DNA of 64,000 bases from the human T2T-CHM13v2.0 reference genome, Homo sapiens, in NCBI RefSeq assembly GCF_009914755.1, contig NC_060926.1. One strand, written 5' to 3'. The notes beneath the pieces are model-generated. The model saw nothing but the letters and a program-made list of their open reading frames with translations. It had not been told where the DNA came from and ran no database searches. Shown here piece after piece: positions 1 to 12,457 of the stretch; positions within the stretch are counted from its first letter, which is position 1; each line of letters begins with the position of its first letter. The position numbers were made by a program, and so were the translations under genes.

Positions 1-309
1 TTCTCCAGGGCCACTCTTTGTGGCTTGGACTTGTGGTAGTTTCAGACTAGTCATATCTTTCATATAGTGGTTGAATTCTAGGAGGCAGAAAATGGAAGCT
101 GCTAAACCAGTAAAGGGCTATGCCCAGAATTAGAACATCAGTTCTGCCATAGTCTACTTGTCAAAGCAGTCAAAGGATCTGTATAGTTTAAAGGGTGTAG
201 AAAGACTCCCCCATTTTTTGGGGCAAAAACCAGCAAGGCCACATAGCAGAAGAGCACATGGGAGGGGAGATATGGTTGTGGTCATTTTTGGAAAATAAAA
301 TCTGCCATA
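1..309 (-). mobile_element. MaLR LTR, MLT1H-like (partial, cut by window edge)
   Basis: Ends in ...ggtcatttttggaaaataaaatctgccata, the reverse complement of the MLT1H 5' terminus (tgtggcagattgtattttccaaa...). Confidence 0.7.
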
Positions 310-320
310 ATTGGTACATG

Positions 321-435
321 AACAATTTATTCACTAGACATCTGTTGGTCATCTGTGTGCCCACATGCTCTGGTAGAGGTTCAGATACAAAGTTGAAGGG
401 ATACTGCCCTTAAGCACATACTGTATAGTAGGAAG
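321..435 (-). mobile_element. L2 3' fragment
   Basis: Degenerate match to the antisense L2 tail (ttattca...gtgcc...gataca...ctgccct). Confidence 0.45.
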
Positions 436-1359
436 TTAGCAAGTTACGTAAAAGAGACATTATATTGTATTTTTATGCGAATAAAATCTAGAACAGTGAA
501 CTGCTGGAGCAAGTCAGTGAAGATATAATTTAACATTTATTAAAAAAATATGTTGCCTGAGTTACACAAATCTGCTTCAAAATAACAAACCCCAAAAATG
601 ACCTAAGAAATAAAATGTATTCTGTTTTACTAAGGTAAAAGAGAATTATATCCTCATTTTTTTTTTGCTCTTCTTAAAAGAAATGTGTTTTTTTAAATTT
701 TGCTTTATTTGTAATTACCCAAAATATTCTATATATTTAAATACTTAATTTAAATCTACTGAATTGCCTGTTAAGAAATAATTTTTAAAGAGCACTGTCG
801 TCAATACTAAACTTTATCTTTTCTGATGTTTCTTACTAAGACTATGGGTACTTCATAAACATTGTTATTTTCAAGATTGATTTAATGTATGTAAACTAAA
901 TTCCACTATTTATTCCTAAATTGGTAACAGTGCTATTTGAAAAATAGCTTTTTGCCTGTATCCTAGGTTATGTATTTAAAGTGCTGTTTGCATCACCAGA
1001 GTCCAGTTTATCTGTCCTCATATTAGGCATGTGTTATAGCTAGTATTTAACACATACTAGCTATATGTGTTATTTATATAACACATATATCCAAGTTTCT
1101 CTTAGGGGCTGGTAGATGTTGAATATAGATTAGTCCATTAAAAATACTTACATTACTTGAGAATGTACTTCAATTTTGTGGGTATATTTATTGTGATTGA
1201 ATGGGTAGGTTAAACTTTTTTTTGTTTTGATTTTGATTTAATATTAACCATTATCTTGTTGCCAAAAATTCTTCTAAATATACACTTGCAAATTACATAG
1301 TTATCTAACACATACTTGGACTGATGTAAGATTTACATTATTTGCAATGTCTTTCCTAG

Positions 1360-1438
1360 GTTTCAGAGGGAGTTCACACAAGGAGTAAAGCCTGACTGGA
1401 CCATTGCACGGATTGAACACTCAAAATTATTAGAATAA
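1360..1438 (+). CDS. MAIP1: Last coding exon of m-AAA protease-interacting protein 1 (C2orf47; Tim44-like domain C-terminus)
   Basis: Acceptor tctttcctag|G at 1359/1360. The first G completes a split codon, then the frame reads FQREFTQGVKPDWTIARIEHSKLLE-TAA (stop 1436-1438). A 3'UTR and AATAAA follow. Gene identity is recalled from the MAIP1 C-terminus, not searched. Confidence 0.8.
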
Positions 1439-1719
1439 TTTTCTTGGAAAAATCAGCTTATGGACTTTAGCAGTTGCTGTGAAAAACTAAGGAAGAAAAA
1501 TTTTGGGGTCATTTGATCTTCACTTAATCTAAGTCTGTGAATTACTTTTATATTATTTTGAAATACTCCTTGCAGTATATTGGCATGATACAGTAAAAGC
1601 ATTTTCCACAGATTGTTATCACCTTCTTTAAAAGAAGTCAAAATTTAAAAAATACAATAGCACGTTGTTGGTGTCATATTCAATAACATTTCCAATGCTA
1701 CATATAATTTTATAGACAT

Positions 1720-1725
1720 AATAAA
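1720..1725 (+). terminator. Polyadenylation signal AATAAA closing a ~300-nt 3'UTR
   Basis: First canonical AATAAA after the stop codon, with T-rich sequence downstream (tttctttatatatttttt). Confidence 0.65.
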
Positions 1726-1764
1726 GAAGGTATTGAAAAAACTACTTACAAATTTCTTTATATA

Positions 1765-2050
1765 TTTTTTAAATTGTTTGAGAAACAGGGTCTTGCTCTG
1801 TCTCCCTGGATGAAGTCCAGTGGCATGATCATAGTTCACTGTAACGTCGAGCTCCTGGGCTTGAGCGATCCCCCTGCCTCAGCCTTCAGAGTAGCTGGGA
1901 CTACAGGCATCCACCAGCATGGCTGGCTAATTTTAAAAAATTTTTATAGAGATTTCACTATGTTGCCCAGCTGGTCTTGAACTCCTCAAGTGGTTCTGCC
2001 TCGGCCTCCCAAAGAGCTAGGATTATAGGCATGAGCCACTGCACCCAGCC
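1765..2050 (-). mobile_element. AluJ
   Basis: Two-arm Alu with J-type diagnostics (cagggtcttgctctg, atcatagttcactg, gggcttgagcgatc). Confidence 0.9.
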
Positions 2051-2112
2051 TACTTACACATTTCTAAATTAATAGTTCTTAAATATTTTATTTGTGGCTA
2101 ATACATTTACAC

Positions 2113-2407
<295 letters not shown>

Positions 2408-2499
2408 TTATACCTTTATTTTAAGTATGTGTAAGATTTATTCATTTATTTTTTAATCACTGCTGCTATTTGGCCTCTTTGGTCACTAGCTAGGTAAGA

Positions 2500-3665
2500 A
2501 GGAATAGATGAAATTATAGCAGATAGGTCTCTACAGAACTGAAAATCAGTGAATTTAAAAGCATGCTAAGATACAAAGAGAGAGAAAAAAACAGGACAGT
2601 GTCTTAGCCACCTATGGGATAATATCAACTATTCTAATATACTTGTATTTTGTGTCCTAGAAGTTGGAGTAGTGGAAACAAAAATAGTATGTTAAGAAAT
2701 AATGGCTGAAAAGTGTCCTAGTTGATGAAAACTATAAGCCCACAGATTACAAGAAATTCAACAAACAAGGTAACACAGAGAAAAAAGTCTGATCAAGGTA
2801 CATCATAATGAAATTGTTGAAAACCAGAGAAAGTTGCAAAAGCAGCTGGAGGAAAAAAATAAAGGTACATTCATGCAGAGAAACCAAGATAAGAATAACT
2901 ACCTATTTTTCTTAAACAGCAAGTTAGAGACCTTGGCATGCTATCTTAAAAGTGCTGAAAAAATAACCGGTTTACCTAGAATTTGATATTCAGCAGAAAT
3001 CTTCAAAAAGTGAGAAGACTCAGAGAAAAGATGAGACAATTTATTGCCAATGGACATGTTTTATAAGAAATGTTAAGGACCAATGGACAGAATAGAGTTC
3101 AAAAATGGACCCATGCATATATGGACAATTGATTTTTGACAAAGGCACAATGAGCTGTGTGTGGTGGTGTGTGCCTGTAGTCCCACGTGCTTGGGAGACT
3201 GAGATGGGAGGATCACCTGAGCCTGGAGAGGTTGAGGCTGCACTGAGCTGTGATTGCACTCCAGTCTGGGCAAAAGGGTGAGACCCTGTCTAAAAAGAAA
3301 AGAAAACAAAACAAAAAGGCACCAAAGCAAAGAGGAAAAGCATCTTTTCAACAAATGGAATAAGTATATATTCATATGAGAAATGAACCTCGACTTTTAC
3401 ATCACATACATAATTTTAGTGAAAAATTTAGATTTTAAAATGGATGATAGACCTAAACAAAAGCTAAACCTAGAAATTCTAGAAAAAAAAAAATAGACAT
3501 TTGCTGTCTTGAGATTAGCAAAGATTTTCTTAGGATATAGAATGCATGAACCATGAAACAAAAAAAATTTATAACTTGGAATTTATTAAAATTAAAACTT
3601 TTTGAAAGACAACAGTAAGATAATTAAAAGGCAGTTCACAGATTGGGAAAGATGATCTGAAAAGG
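2500..3665 (+). mobile_element. Old L1M fragments (ORF1 and ORF2 pieces)
   Basis: A-rich; L1 motifs aataatggctgaaaa, caatggacagaatagag, attgatttttgacaaagg, cacagattgggaaa. Confidence 0.75.
3151..3314 (+). mobile_element. Alu right arm (FRAM or 5'-truncated AluJ) inserted in L1
   Basis: Right monomer with A tail; TSD aaaggcacaa (3141-3150) / aaaggcacca (3315-3324). Confidence 0.85.
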
Positions 3666-4399
3666 TTTTAACAAAATTAGCTGAGACTACCATATCTTTG
3701 AAACAAGGAGAACATGCAATGGCTCTTTGACAATTTTCATGCTGTTATGGCCCCTAGGGAGAAGAGCTTTATCTTTTCACACACCTATATAACTGAACTT
3801 TTATGATAACCTTGAACGAGTCAATGGATTCTTATGGCCTTTATTGCAAATATTCTGACCTCATCTGTGGACCATAGATAATTCTGTAGTTATTTCTTGA
3901 ATTTTATATAGTGAAAGTTTTCCAATGCATAGACCAGTTAGTAAGTGTATACATGAGGGAAAATTTTAGGGAGCCTTAAAAATAACCCTTCTGCTTTATT
4001 TTATCTGGAAATTCCATGTAAGATAGGACTTATGTCACAAAGAAGAAAGGAATGTTCTCATAGTAGTCCCAAAGTAACATTTAAATATTGAGTCTGGTGA
4101 AAAGATTTGGGATTGATAGAAAGTCCCACTTCTGAATTGCTTTAGTAAAACAAGGCCAAGTAAAGTCCACTTTTCATCAAGCCTTCTACAACTTACATAC
4201 ACCCTCAAGTTTGCTTGTTACTATTTTCTTTCACATTATTGCACAACCAAACATTTTCACTTTAAGACAAAACTCCCTTTCCCCTCTTCTGAACTTGTAG
4301 TACAAGTCAATTCATCTTTCCTCTGGCTCTTCAACTTTAAAATGTTTTTCTGAGCAATCTGATATTCTACGGAAGTAGAATTAATGATAGATAGGCGGC

Positions 4400-6650
4400 A
4401 TGTTTAGTAACATAAAAGCTGCATTGTTGTCCATCTGTATTTATAGACAATTCCCCTTGGGACTTTAGAGGAATGACAGAAAATTGCTGGGTGCTGAGTT
4501 TTCTCTTACAGCAGGGACAAATCTTGGATAACTCTGTTTCTTTCATATTTTGTTCAAAATATCGCCCATTGTTTCCTTCACTGGCTTTTCTGCTTACAAC
4601 ATCTACAGGTGTTCCTAGCCATAGGCTCTTTATTTTTAAAGAACAGAGGACTTTTGGTATTTTTAACTTGGAGCCAGTTACTTTATCTGAAGGGTGATAA
4701 GTTTGGTTTAATTTTCAGCTAGTTTCCTTTTTAAAGCTCATTGAAAATGTTCAGCTACATGTTGGAACTCTCCTAAACTGGCAATTTTCCATTCCATTGT
4801 GCAATTGCTGTTTAAGACCCCTGTTTTGAGTCTCAGCCCATTACAATGACAGATAAGGTTCCCTTCATTTCATATATTGGGGCTATTCCAACTGTCTACT
4901 CAAACTGAAACTTTCCTAAAATCCATCTTTAAAGTCTTGTATTAATTTGTCTTCACTTTGCTTACAATGTTGAATCTGTTCATATCCGTAAAGGAAAAAC
5001 TGCATGTCCCTATATAGTGTACTATATATACATCTATTTTCCCTCTCAAAGCCATTTTCTTCACTTATACACAGCTAAGTGATGAAAATCTCCTCCTGGT
5101 GTTTCCCATCCTGCTGCTTTTAACCATTTTTCCCTTTTGAGAGACTAGCAATTAAGCAAGCTATATAAATTAAATAGTCCAAAATAATGTCTATCTAACA
5201 AAATTCCAAATTCTGCAGCGAATTTGTGTTAGTCTTACTGATGCTCTAGACCAAGGTTTAAATTCAGCTTCTATTGATCCTGCTTTCTGTTCTAGCAAGT
5301 CTAAGGAGAATACTATACAATGACCTTTTCTGAGAAAAGTCCTGAGGAAAGGGTATCACATTTAGACATTTAGGAGACCAGGAGTAGAAGGAATTGAAAG
5401 AATATGACTGAGTGATGAGAATTCGATATCATCTATATACGGAGCATAGTTTCAGAAGGCTTGAATGATAGGAAATTAGAGAGTCTTTGAAAGAGACTAT
5501 CTTCTCATCAACTGTTTGTTTTGAGGTCTCGACACACCAAAGAAGTTGACTACTGAATTGTGAATATTATTAGTTTTCCTCATTTTTCTAGAGCTCTGCT
5601 TAAATGTATTAATTTTGACTATCAGAATGTCCCCCAAGGTAATCATTGCTACTTTGAGTTAAAAATATTTTTGCTGTACTAGGGTGAGCACGTGAGTTAG
5701 TATTTTAGTGAGAATTCATATAAAAAGTAGTTCTGCCAGTAAGAAGTTATGACTTTAATTTAGAAAAATTCATGACAAACAAGAAAGAAGCCATTATAGT
5801 CAAACAAAAATATATGCTAAAGAATAGCATCTCGGGTTACCTACCAACTGGGGCTAAGAAGGGACTATGCAATGAATGACATGACAATTTTTTACCCTGG
5901 CATATGGACTAAACAAAATGGCCTTTCATTAATTGATAAAAGAGGAAGTGTCCCTATGAAGGTGTTTAGGGGACAAAAGGCAAAGTTTGATCATGAATTT
6001 GTCATTGTCTACTGGACCTCTAATTCATAGTCCTTGGACTCAACTTGGATTGAATTGGAGGCTGAATGGACTTATTCCTTTGTTCATTCCCTATGTAGAA
6101 CCCCCTTATATATCCAAGAAATAAAATGACTATGAAAGACAAAGAAACAGGAAAAAAAAAAAGTCCTAAGCCAAGACTCTGTACTAGTAGATGCACTAAA
6201 GCAAAACAAGCACACGCTTGAAGAATAATGAAATTAATGGCCAAAATATTGACAATGCCATCTACAAAGAACTATTTTGATAGGAATCCTCATTTAACAA
6301 ACTCAACAATACATGCTCACTGAGAGTCAGAGTACAGATCAATATTGAGACAAATATACTTGGAACAAATCCAAAGGATAAATGAAATCTGGACACAAAG
6401 GGACCTGATGAGGACACCTTTATTTATTTTTAAGTTAGAGTCATCAAAATAACCTTGGTGGAACCTCATAGTTGTCAAAATATGAGACCACCACTGAAAA
6501 TCAATATAAAACCCCAAATTTGAATTGATTTATTACCTTAGTAAGGGAGGAGTCTTGTCAAGCAGAGCAAACCATTGATCTTACAGGGATTTTTGAGGAA
6601 GAGTGTGTTGTGTTAGTGAAAGGTGGGAGTGGAATTATGTCAGCTTTATT
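4400..6650 (-). mobile_element. Highly decayed LTR retroelement: LTR remnant, tRNA-Gln PBS and pol (RT) remnant
   Basis: On the minus strand an LTR end (AATAAA...ttttgaca at 6473) is followed by tgaggttccaccaagg (6453-6468, PBS-Gln-like). RT-like motifs then occur in order: DFKDGF, VM..GLK, HVAE (decayed YxDD), LKIKP, SYPRFVP, W..AF. Confidence 0.5.
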
Positions 6651-6753
6651 TCAGATGTGTTAGTTTTCATGTCTACATGTTCCATTTGATTCTTTCTCAT
6701 AGCTTCTCTATGTTCATGTTTTCCTTTAACTTGCTGGGCATAGTTATAACAGC

Positions 6754-7059
<306 letters not shown>

Positions 7060-7166
7060 CAACAGTTGTTTTAAAGTTGTCTTTCTTTAAAATCTCTTTC
7101 TAGTAAGTGATTTTTCTTTTGGTTATGGGCCACATTTTCCTGCTTTTGGCTGGTCTAGTAATTTTT

Positions 7167-7293
7167 AAAAAATAAATAGGGACAAGGTCTCACTATTTTG
7201 CCCAGACTGGTCTTGAACTCTTGGACCGAGCAATCCTCCTGCCTTGGCCTCCCAAAGTGCTGGGATTACAGGTGTGAGCCACCAGGCCTGGCC
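7167..7293 (-). mobile_element. FLAM (free left Alu monomer)
   Basis: Left monomer only; exact 16-bp TSD tggtctagtaattttt at 7151-7166 and 7294-7309. Confidence 0.9.
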
Positions 7294-8088
7294 TGGTCTA
7301 GTAATTTTTTATTGGACACTGAATTTATGAATTTTCTGTCATTGAATATCTGGGTATCATTGGGTAGTATTTGCCTTGAGAAGAATGTTGAACTGTGTTC
7401 TCTTAGGTAGCCAGTTAGGTTATTTGGGGTTCAGGTTGATTTTTTTGAGGCTATTGTTAAGCTTTGTTAGGGTTTATCTAGACTAGTTTTTACTCTACCA
7501 AGAGTGTAGCCCCATTTGTATGGAGTAATTTATGGGGTCTCTACTGGATGCCCTGAGTTATCAAACAGGACAGCACTCTCCATGCTGGCTTAGGGAACCC
7601 AAATGAATTCCCAGCACTACAGGCTCTCTGAGAACTGTTCACTTCACAGCTTCTAGTCACTCTTTGCTTGACTTTATAGAGTCTCACTCTATAGCTTTTG
7701 TTCATAGCTTAGAGTTCACTAAAAACTCAAGGAAATTACTATACAAACTTCTGAAGTTTTGTTCCGCATAGCTTGCTCCTGTCTGAACATTTGCCTTACA
7801 CCTCTGGCCTCTTCAGACTCCATGGCCTTCCATGTCTGTCTCCTCAATTCAGCAAGTTTATCATGTTTTGCTGGGGATTTTTTTCCCTGGCTGGGTGGTC
7901 TAGAAAGTGCCCCACACAGAAATCTGGGTTATCATAGGATCTGCCTTGTTCGTTTCTCTTCTTTCATAGATAAAAATACTGTGCTTCCTACTGTCCAGTG
8001 TTTGAGCACAGTAGTTTCATGTAATCTGCTGAGTTGTCTAGTGTTTAAGGCATCAGGATAAATGTTTATTATGGCCAAAGCAGAACTT

Positions 8089-8463
8089 ATTTTCTTATTT
8101 TTAAATTTTTTTATTTTTAATTTTTGTGGGTACATAGTAGGGTTATATATTTATGGGGTGCACGTACATGGGATGTTTTGAAATAAGTATGCAATGTGTA
8201 ATAATCACATCATGGAGAATGGGGTACCCATCCCCTCAAGCATTTATTCTTTGTGTTACAAACAATCCAATCATGTGCTTTTTGTTATTTAAAATGTACA
8301 ATTATTATTGACTATAGTCACCCTGTTGTGCTATCAAATAGTAACTCTTATTAATTCTTTCCAACTAGTTTTTTTGTACTCATTAACCATCCCCATCCCC
8401 ACTCCCCCACCCCACCTCCATTTCCCTTCCCAGCCTCTGGTAACCATTCTTCTTCTCTCTCTG
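8089..8463 (-). mobile_element. L1MA 3' end (L1MA1-3-like), 5'-truncated
   Basis: tttttgtgggtacatag...cctcaagcattta...tgtgttacaaacaatccaa; TSD agaactt at 8082-8088 and 8464-8470. Confidence 0.85.
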
Positions 8464-9086
8464 AGAACTTGACATGTTTTTAAATAAGCTTTCTAAATGT
8501 GTTCTGTGTTGGTTACAGAGGAAGAAAAGAGTTTATATCATGTTCACTGGAGTTGTCTGACTTTTGAAATATGAAGCTGTCACTGTTGGCTTTCACCGAA
8601 GTGGCTATATCATCAATACAGGCTCCCTGATCAGAAAACCTGTAGATTCTCTTAAAATCAAGAACTAGTTAGATGTGTTCTACTTTGACCCAAATGAACT
8701 TGGCTTGCCAAGTATGGGACACACAGTGACACAGGAAGAAGTTAGAAAGGACTACTTCTGGGTGGCTTACCACTCTTTTCCCAGGACTGAGCATAGCCAC
8801 TAAGACAATAAATTCTCAAAAATATTTGCAAACTAACAGGTGATGCTTATTTTTAGTTGGCTAGGCTCCTCAGACTATTCTCCATTAAGACTAATTTTCT
8901 CTCCTAGAAGAATAGCTATGAGCTACAAAATAACGCACTTAACTCCTGAATGTCAGCATTGGCTAGATCAGGAAAATGTTTTTAAAAACTCCTGAATGTT
9001 TTTAAAAAATTATCTGAATTAAATTTTTTCCCTAACTTTTCATTAGAAAAAATTTCAAACATACTGAAAAGTTGAAAGAAGGGTAT

Positions 9087-9270
9087 TGTATTAGAGTTCC
9101 CCAGAGAAACAAAACTTATATTTATCTATCTCATATCTATGGAGAGAGAGAGAAACATAGATAACTATGGAAACATATATAGAGAAATTTAACATTCGTA
9201 TAGTGGTTTAAATGTTAATCTCATCAAAAACTACTTTCACAGAAACATCTAGAATAGTGTTTGACCAAAT
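9087..9270 (-). mobile_element. MLT2 (ERVL) LTR, internally deleted
   Basis: tgtattagagttccccagagaaac joined to aatgttaatctcatc...cacagaaacatctagaatagtgtttgaccaaata. Confidence 0.65.
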
Positions 9271-9884
9271 ATTTTCATTGAAAGCATTTGAAAGTAAGCT
9301 TCAGACATCATGTATTAATATTTCAACCCTAATATTTCAATATGTGTTTCCAAAGGATAAGGACACTATCCTATATAACCACATGTACATTAGCAATAAT
9401 TCCATAGTATCAGCTAATACTTAAATTTAAAATTTCACCAGTTGTCTTTAAAATGACTTTTTAATTCAAGATCCAGTCAAGGTTTACCCGTTGCATTTGG
9501 TTATGTCTCTTTAGTCCTTGTTTCAAAATTTAGAATATCCCCATCCTCATTTATGGCACTGCAATTTGGAGAAGTCTAGAATGGTAGACACACAGCATGT
9601 CCCATATCTTGAATGTGCTTGTTTTTCTATGGCATCATTTCTGTAAGCTGGAAGTTAGGGCGAAAGAGTTGATTAGATTCAGGTGAAACATTTTTGGCAA
9701 GAATATATAAGTGATTTGCGGACCTCCTATTATATAACGTCAGGCAGTACCTAATTTCTTATTGTTCCATTGTTTAGAGTGGTGATTATGAGAACCCTCA
9801 GTTGTAAAAGTCATTTTTTTCTCTTTATAGTTAATAAGTAATCTGTGAGATGATACTTTGATACCTGGTAAATATTCTGCTCAC

Positions 9885-10319
9885 AAGATGCCCACATACT
9901 AACCTCTGGAACACGTGAACATGTGTTCCAGGGGTTAGTTGGCAAAATAGGACTTTGCAGGTATGATTAAATTCAGGATTTTGTGATGGGAGGTTATGCT
10001 GGATTATGTGGGTGGACCCAGTGTTATCACAGATGTCCTTATAAAAGGGAGGCAGGCGGGTCAGCGTCAGAGAGAAGGACATGTGATGATGGAAGCAGAG
10101 GTTGGAACTATGAGGGGCCATGACAGCCATAGAATGTGGACAGCATCTAGAGTCAAGAAATGGCAAGAAACAGATTCTCCCCAGAGCCTCTAGAAGGAAC
10201 GCAGCCACACTGACCCATTTTAGACATTTGATCTCCAGAACTGCAAAATAATAAATCTGTGTTGTTTTAAGCCACTACATTGTGGTAGTTTGTTACATAA
10301 GCAACAAGAAATTAATACA
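9885..10319 (+). mobile_element. MaLR LTR MLT1C/D
   Basis: ggactttgcag, gattctccccagagcctc, aataaatctgtgttgttttaagccact, ending in aattaataca. Confidence 0.85.
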
Positions 10320-10467
10320 GAAGATGATCCTTATATGAATCAGTGTTACCTTATAATTTGCCAAATGATTATTCTTTAATTCTATAATACCTGCTATTGG
10401 CATTCTTTGATACAACAGAGCCCTATCCCTTCATTTTTCTTAAATATCACTAGAAACTCATGAATTC

Positions 10468-10624
10468 TTTCATTTTTTAGATGAAGTCTCATTCTGTCAC
10501 CTAAGCTGGAGTGCAGTGGCAGGATCATACTCACTGCAGCCTTGAACCCCTGTGCTCAAATGATCTTTCCACCTCAGCCTTCCAAAGTGCTGGTATTACA
10601 GACATGAGCCACCACACCCAGCCT
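10468..10624 (-). mobile_element. Alu monomer (FRAM/FAM-like)
   Basis: Single monomer; TSD aaactcatgaatt / aaactcatggatt. Confidence 0.8.
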
Positions 10625-11059
10625 AAACTCATGGATTTTTATTCATCCAATGTAGTATCAATTATAGTTATTATTCTTGTTGATGCCTAAATATGCCCCA
10701 GTTTTGCCAGCAGGAGTCCTTGTAATCTGTCTGTGTGACAGATTAAAGATGAACATGACTCTGTTGTTAGTCTTTGAGTGCGCCTGTGTTTTCCAATGTA
10801 ACAATACATTTCAGGATCTTCTTGTCCATTTCCTGCCTCAGAGCTGGAATCAGCCATTTCTCCAAGGAGTCTTTTTTTTTTTTTTTTTAGGGCGATGAAT
10901 TTGAAAACCAAGATTTGAGCATTTTGAGGTGTTTTCTCATTTTATGTCTGTAAGAGAATGTTTATACATGTTTGAGATTTTGGATCATTTACCTACAATA
11001 ACTTTGGGAAAGCTAAATGTGGATTGTTTGCCTTTATTTCTGTCAACCTTATTTAAAAT

Positions 11060-11300
11060 AATTCTTTCCCCATCACTATGCCCTAACCCTGATTTATTTT
11101 GGCTTATAGCACTTATCACGATCAGACATTGTAGGATGTGTTTGTTTATTTCTCCCATTGTCTTTGGAACTAAGGAAAGAACTTTACCTATCTTGTTCAC
11201 TACTGAAACAATATCTCATACAAAGATATTGTTTCAGGCCCTGAAACAATATCTCATACAAAGTGGAGCTCAGTAAATATTAGTTGACCGGATAAATAAG
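11060..11300 (+). mobile_element. L2 3' end
   Basis: tagcacttatcac, tcttgttcactact, gctcagtaaatattagttga. Confidence 0.65.
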
Positions 11301-11795
11301 AGTGAGCCTCACTTCTGTTGAACTTCCTAGTTCACATGGCAGGAACTTTTTCCCTCTTGCTTTTGATTTGATACCCTAGCAAGCTGGATGTGATTTTTAA
11401 AATCATGTACAGTACCCCTCTCAAGGAGTATATGGTATTATTGGATGTTTGACCTCACTTTCATGGTCCTGTAACAAATGTCATTCTTTCTAAATTCCAC
11501 ACGATGGAGCTAACTGTATATGGAATCTAAATGCCAGGATTGGCTGTAAGTTTGGTAGGATTTGAAGCCGCTAAGGAAGGGGAAGATTGCTTTGCTTATT
11601 GACAGATTTTTCTACATAGATGTGTTTTAGGAAATTGCTCCACAAAAATATTTTATGAATATAATTTGTTGATGTTAAAGTGGTTAATTGCATGGGTCAA
11701 ATTGGAGGGAAATTTTACCCATATCCCTGCTGGAACCACAGATTGTATCATTCAGTGCCTCTGTAATTATGCCCATCCTGGGAAGACTGTGTGAT

Positions 11796-12185
11796 GTATC
11801 AGTCAGGATAATGTAGATTATGCTGCATTAACAAACAGCTTCTCAATCTCAGTGGATTGAAACAAAACAAAACAAAACAAAACAAAACAAAACAAAACAA
11901 AAAGGTTTGTTTCTTGTTCACACTGTATGTTCAGTAAGAGACACCTGGGGACTCTGCTCAGTGCCAGCTCATCTTCTTCCCCGGACACAGGCTGATGGGA
12001 AGCCACTACCGGCTATGATAGCAAATGGAAAAGACAACTCTGAAGGGTGAACCTGGAAGTGATACAATTATTTCGCCAGAACATGGTCTCACTCAACCAT
12101 AGGGACCCAGGAAGTACAAATCTGCCATGTTCCTGGAAGGCAGAGGGTAAGAAGTATTTGGTGAGATGCAATAATGATTACCACA
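11796..12185 (-). mobile_element. Old MaLR LTR (MLT1J/K-like) containing (CAAAA)n at 11860-11903
   Basis: tgtatcagtcaggata...atgctgcattaacaaac...atctcagtgg. Confidence 0.65.
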
Positions 12186-12457
12186 TGCAGAAAAAGCACA
12201 CGGTTTTACATCACAGAGATCAAGAGAGAGACTTTCCAGGTGTTTTAGTTACACATTATTAACTGAGCATTATTGACTACTCTGCTATGGGGGTCTGGAG
12301 ATGAGAATCACTCGTTCAGTGTAACAATGATTGCAGATGTCTAAACCAGTTTAAGTGAGAAAGGCTATAGAGCCCTTGAATCCATTATCTCCATTTGATG
12401 AGATCTGCTAAGGTGTGCTAACACACTCATTAGATTAATGGGGTCACCTAGGAGGAA

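Larger units (their letters stand above)
9025..10930 (-). mobile_element. L1ME-type 3' region, fragmented by MLT2, MLT1 and Alu insertions
   Basis: aaaaatttcaaacatactgaaaagttgaaagaa, ttcaagatccagtcaagg, gctggaatcagccatttctccaaggag. Confidence 0.6.

Noticed and set aside
945-1020. Second acceptor-like site (tttttgcctgtatcctag|gtt) in the last intron
   Set aside because: No convincing donor or recognisable coding frame follows.
5170-5290. AGSIE..PWS and LDY as N-terminal RT motifs of the fossil LTR element
   Set aside because: Spacing to DFKDGF is too long unless an insertion is invoked, so these were not counted as evidence.
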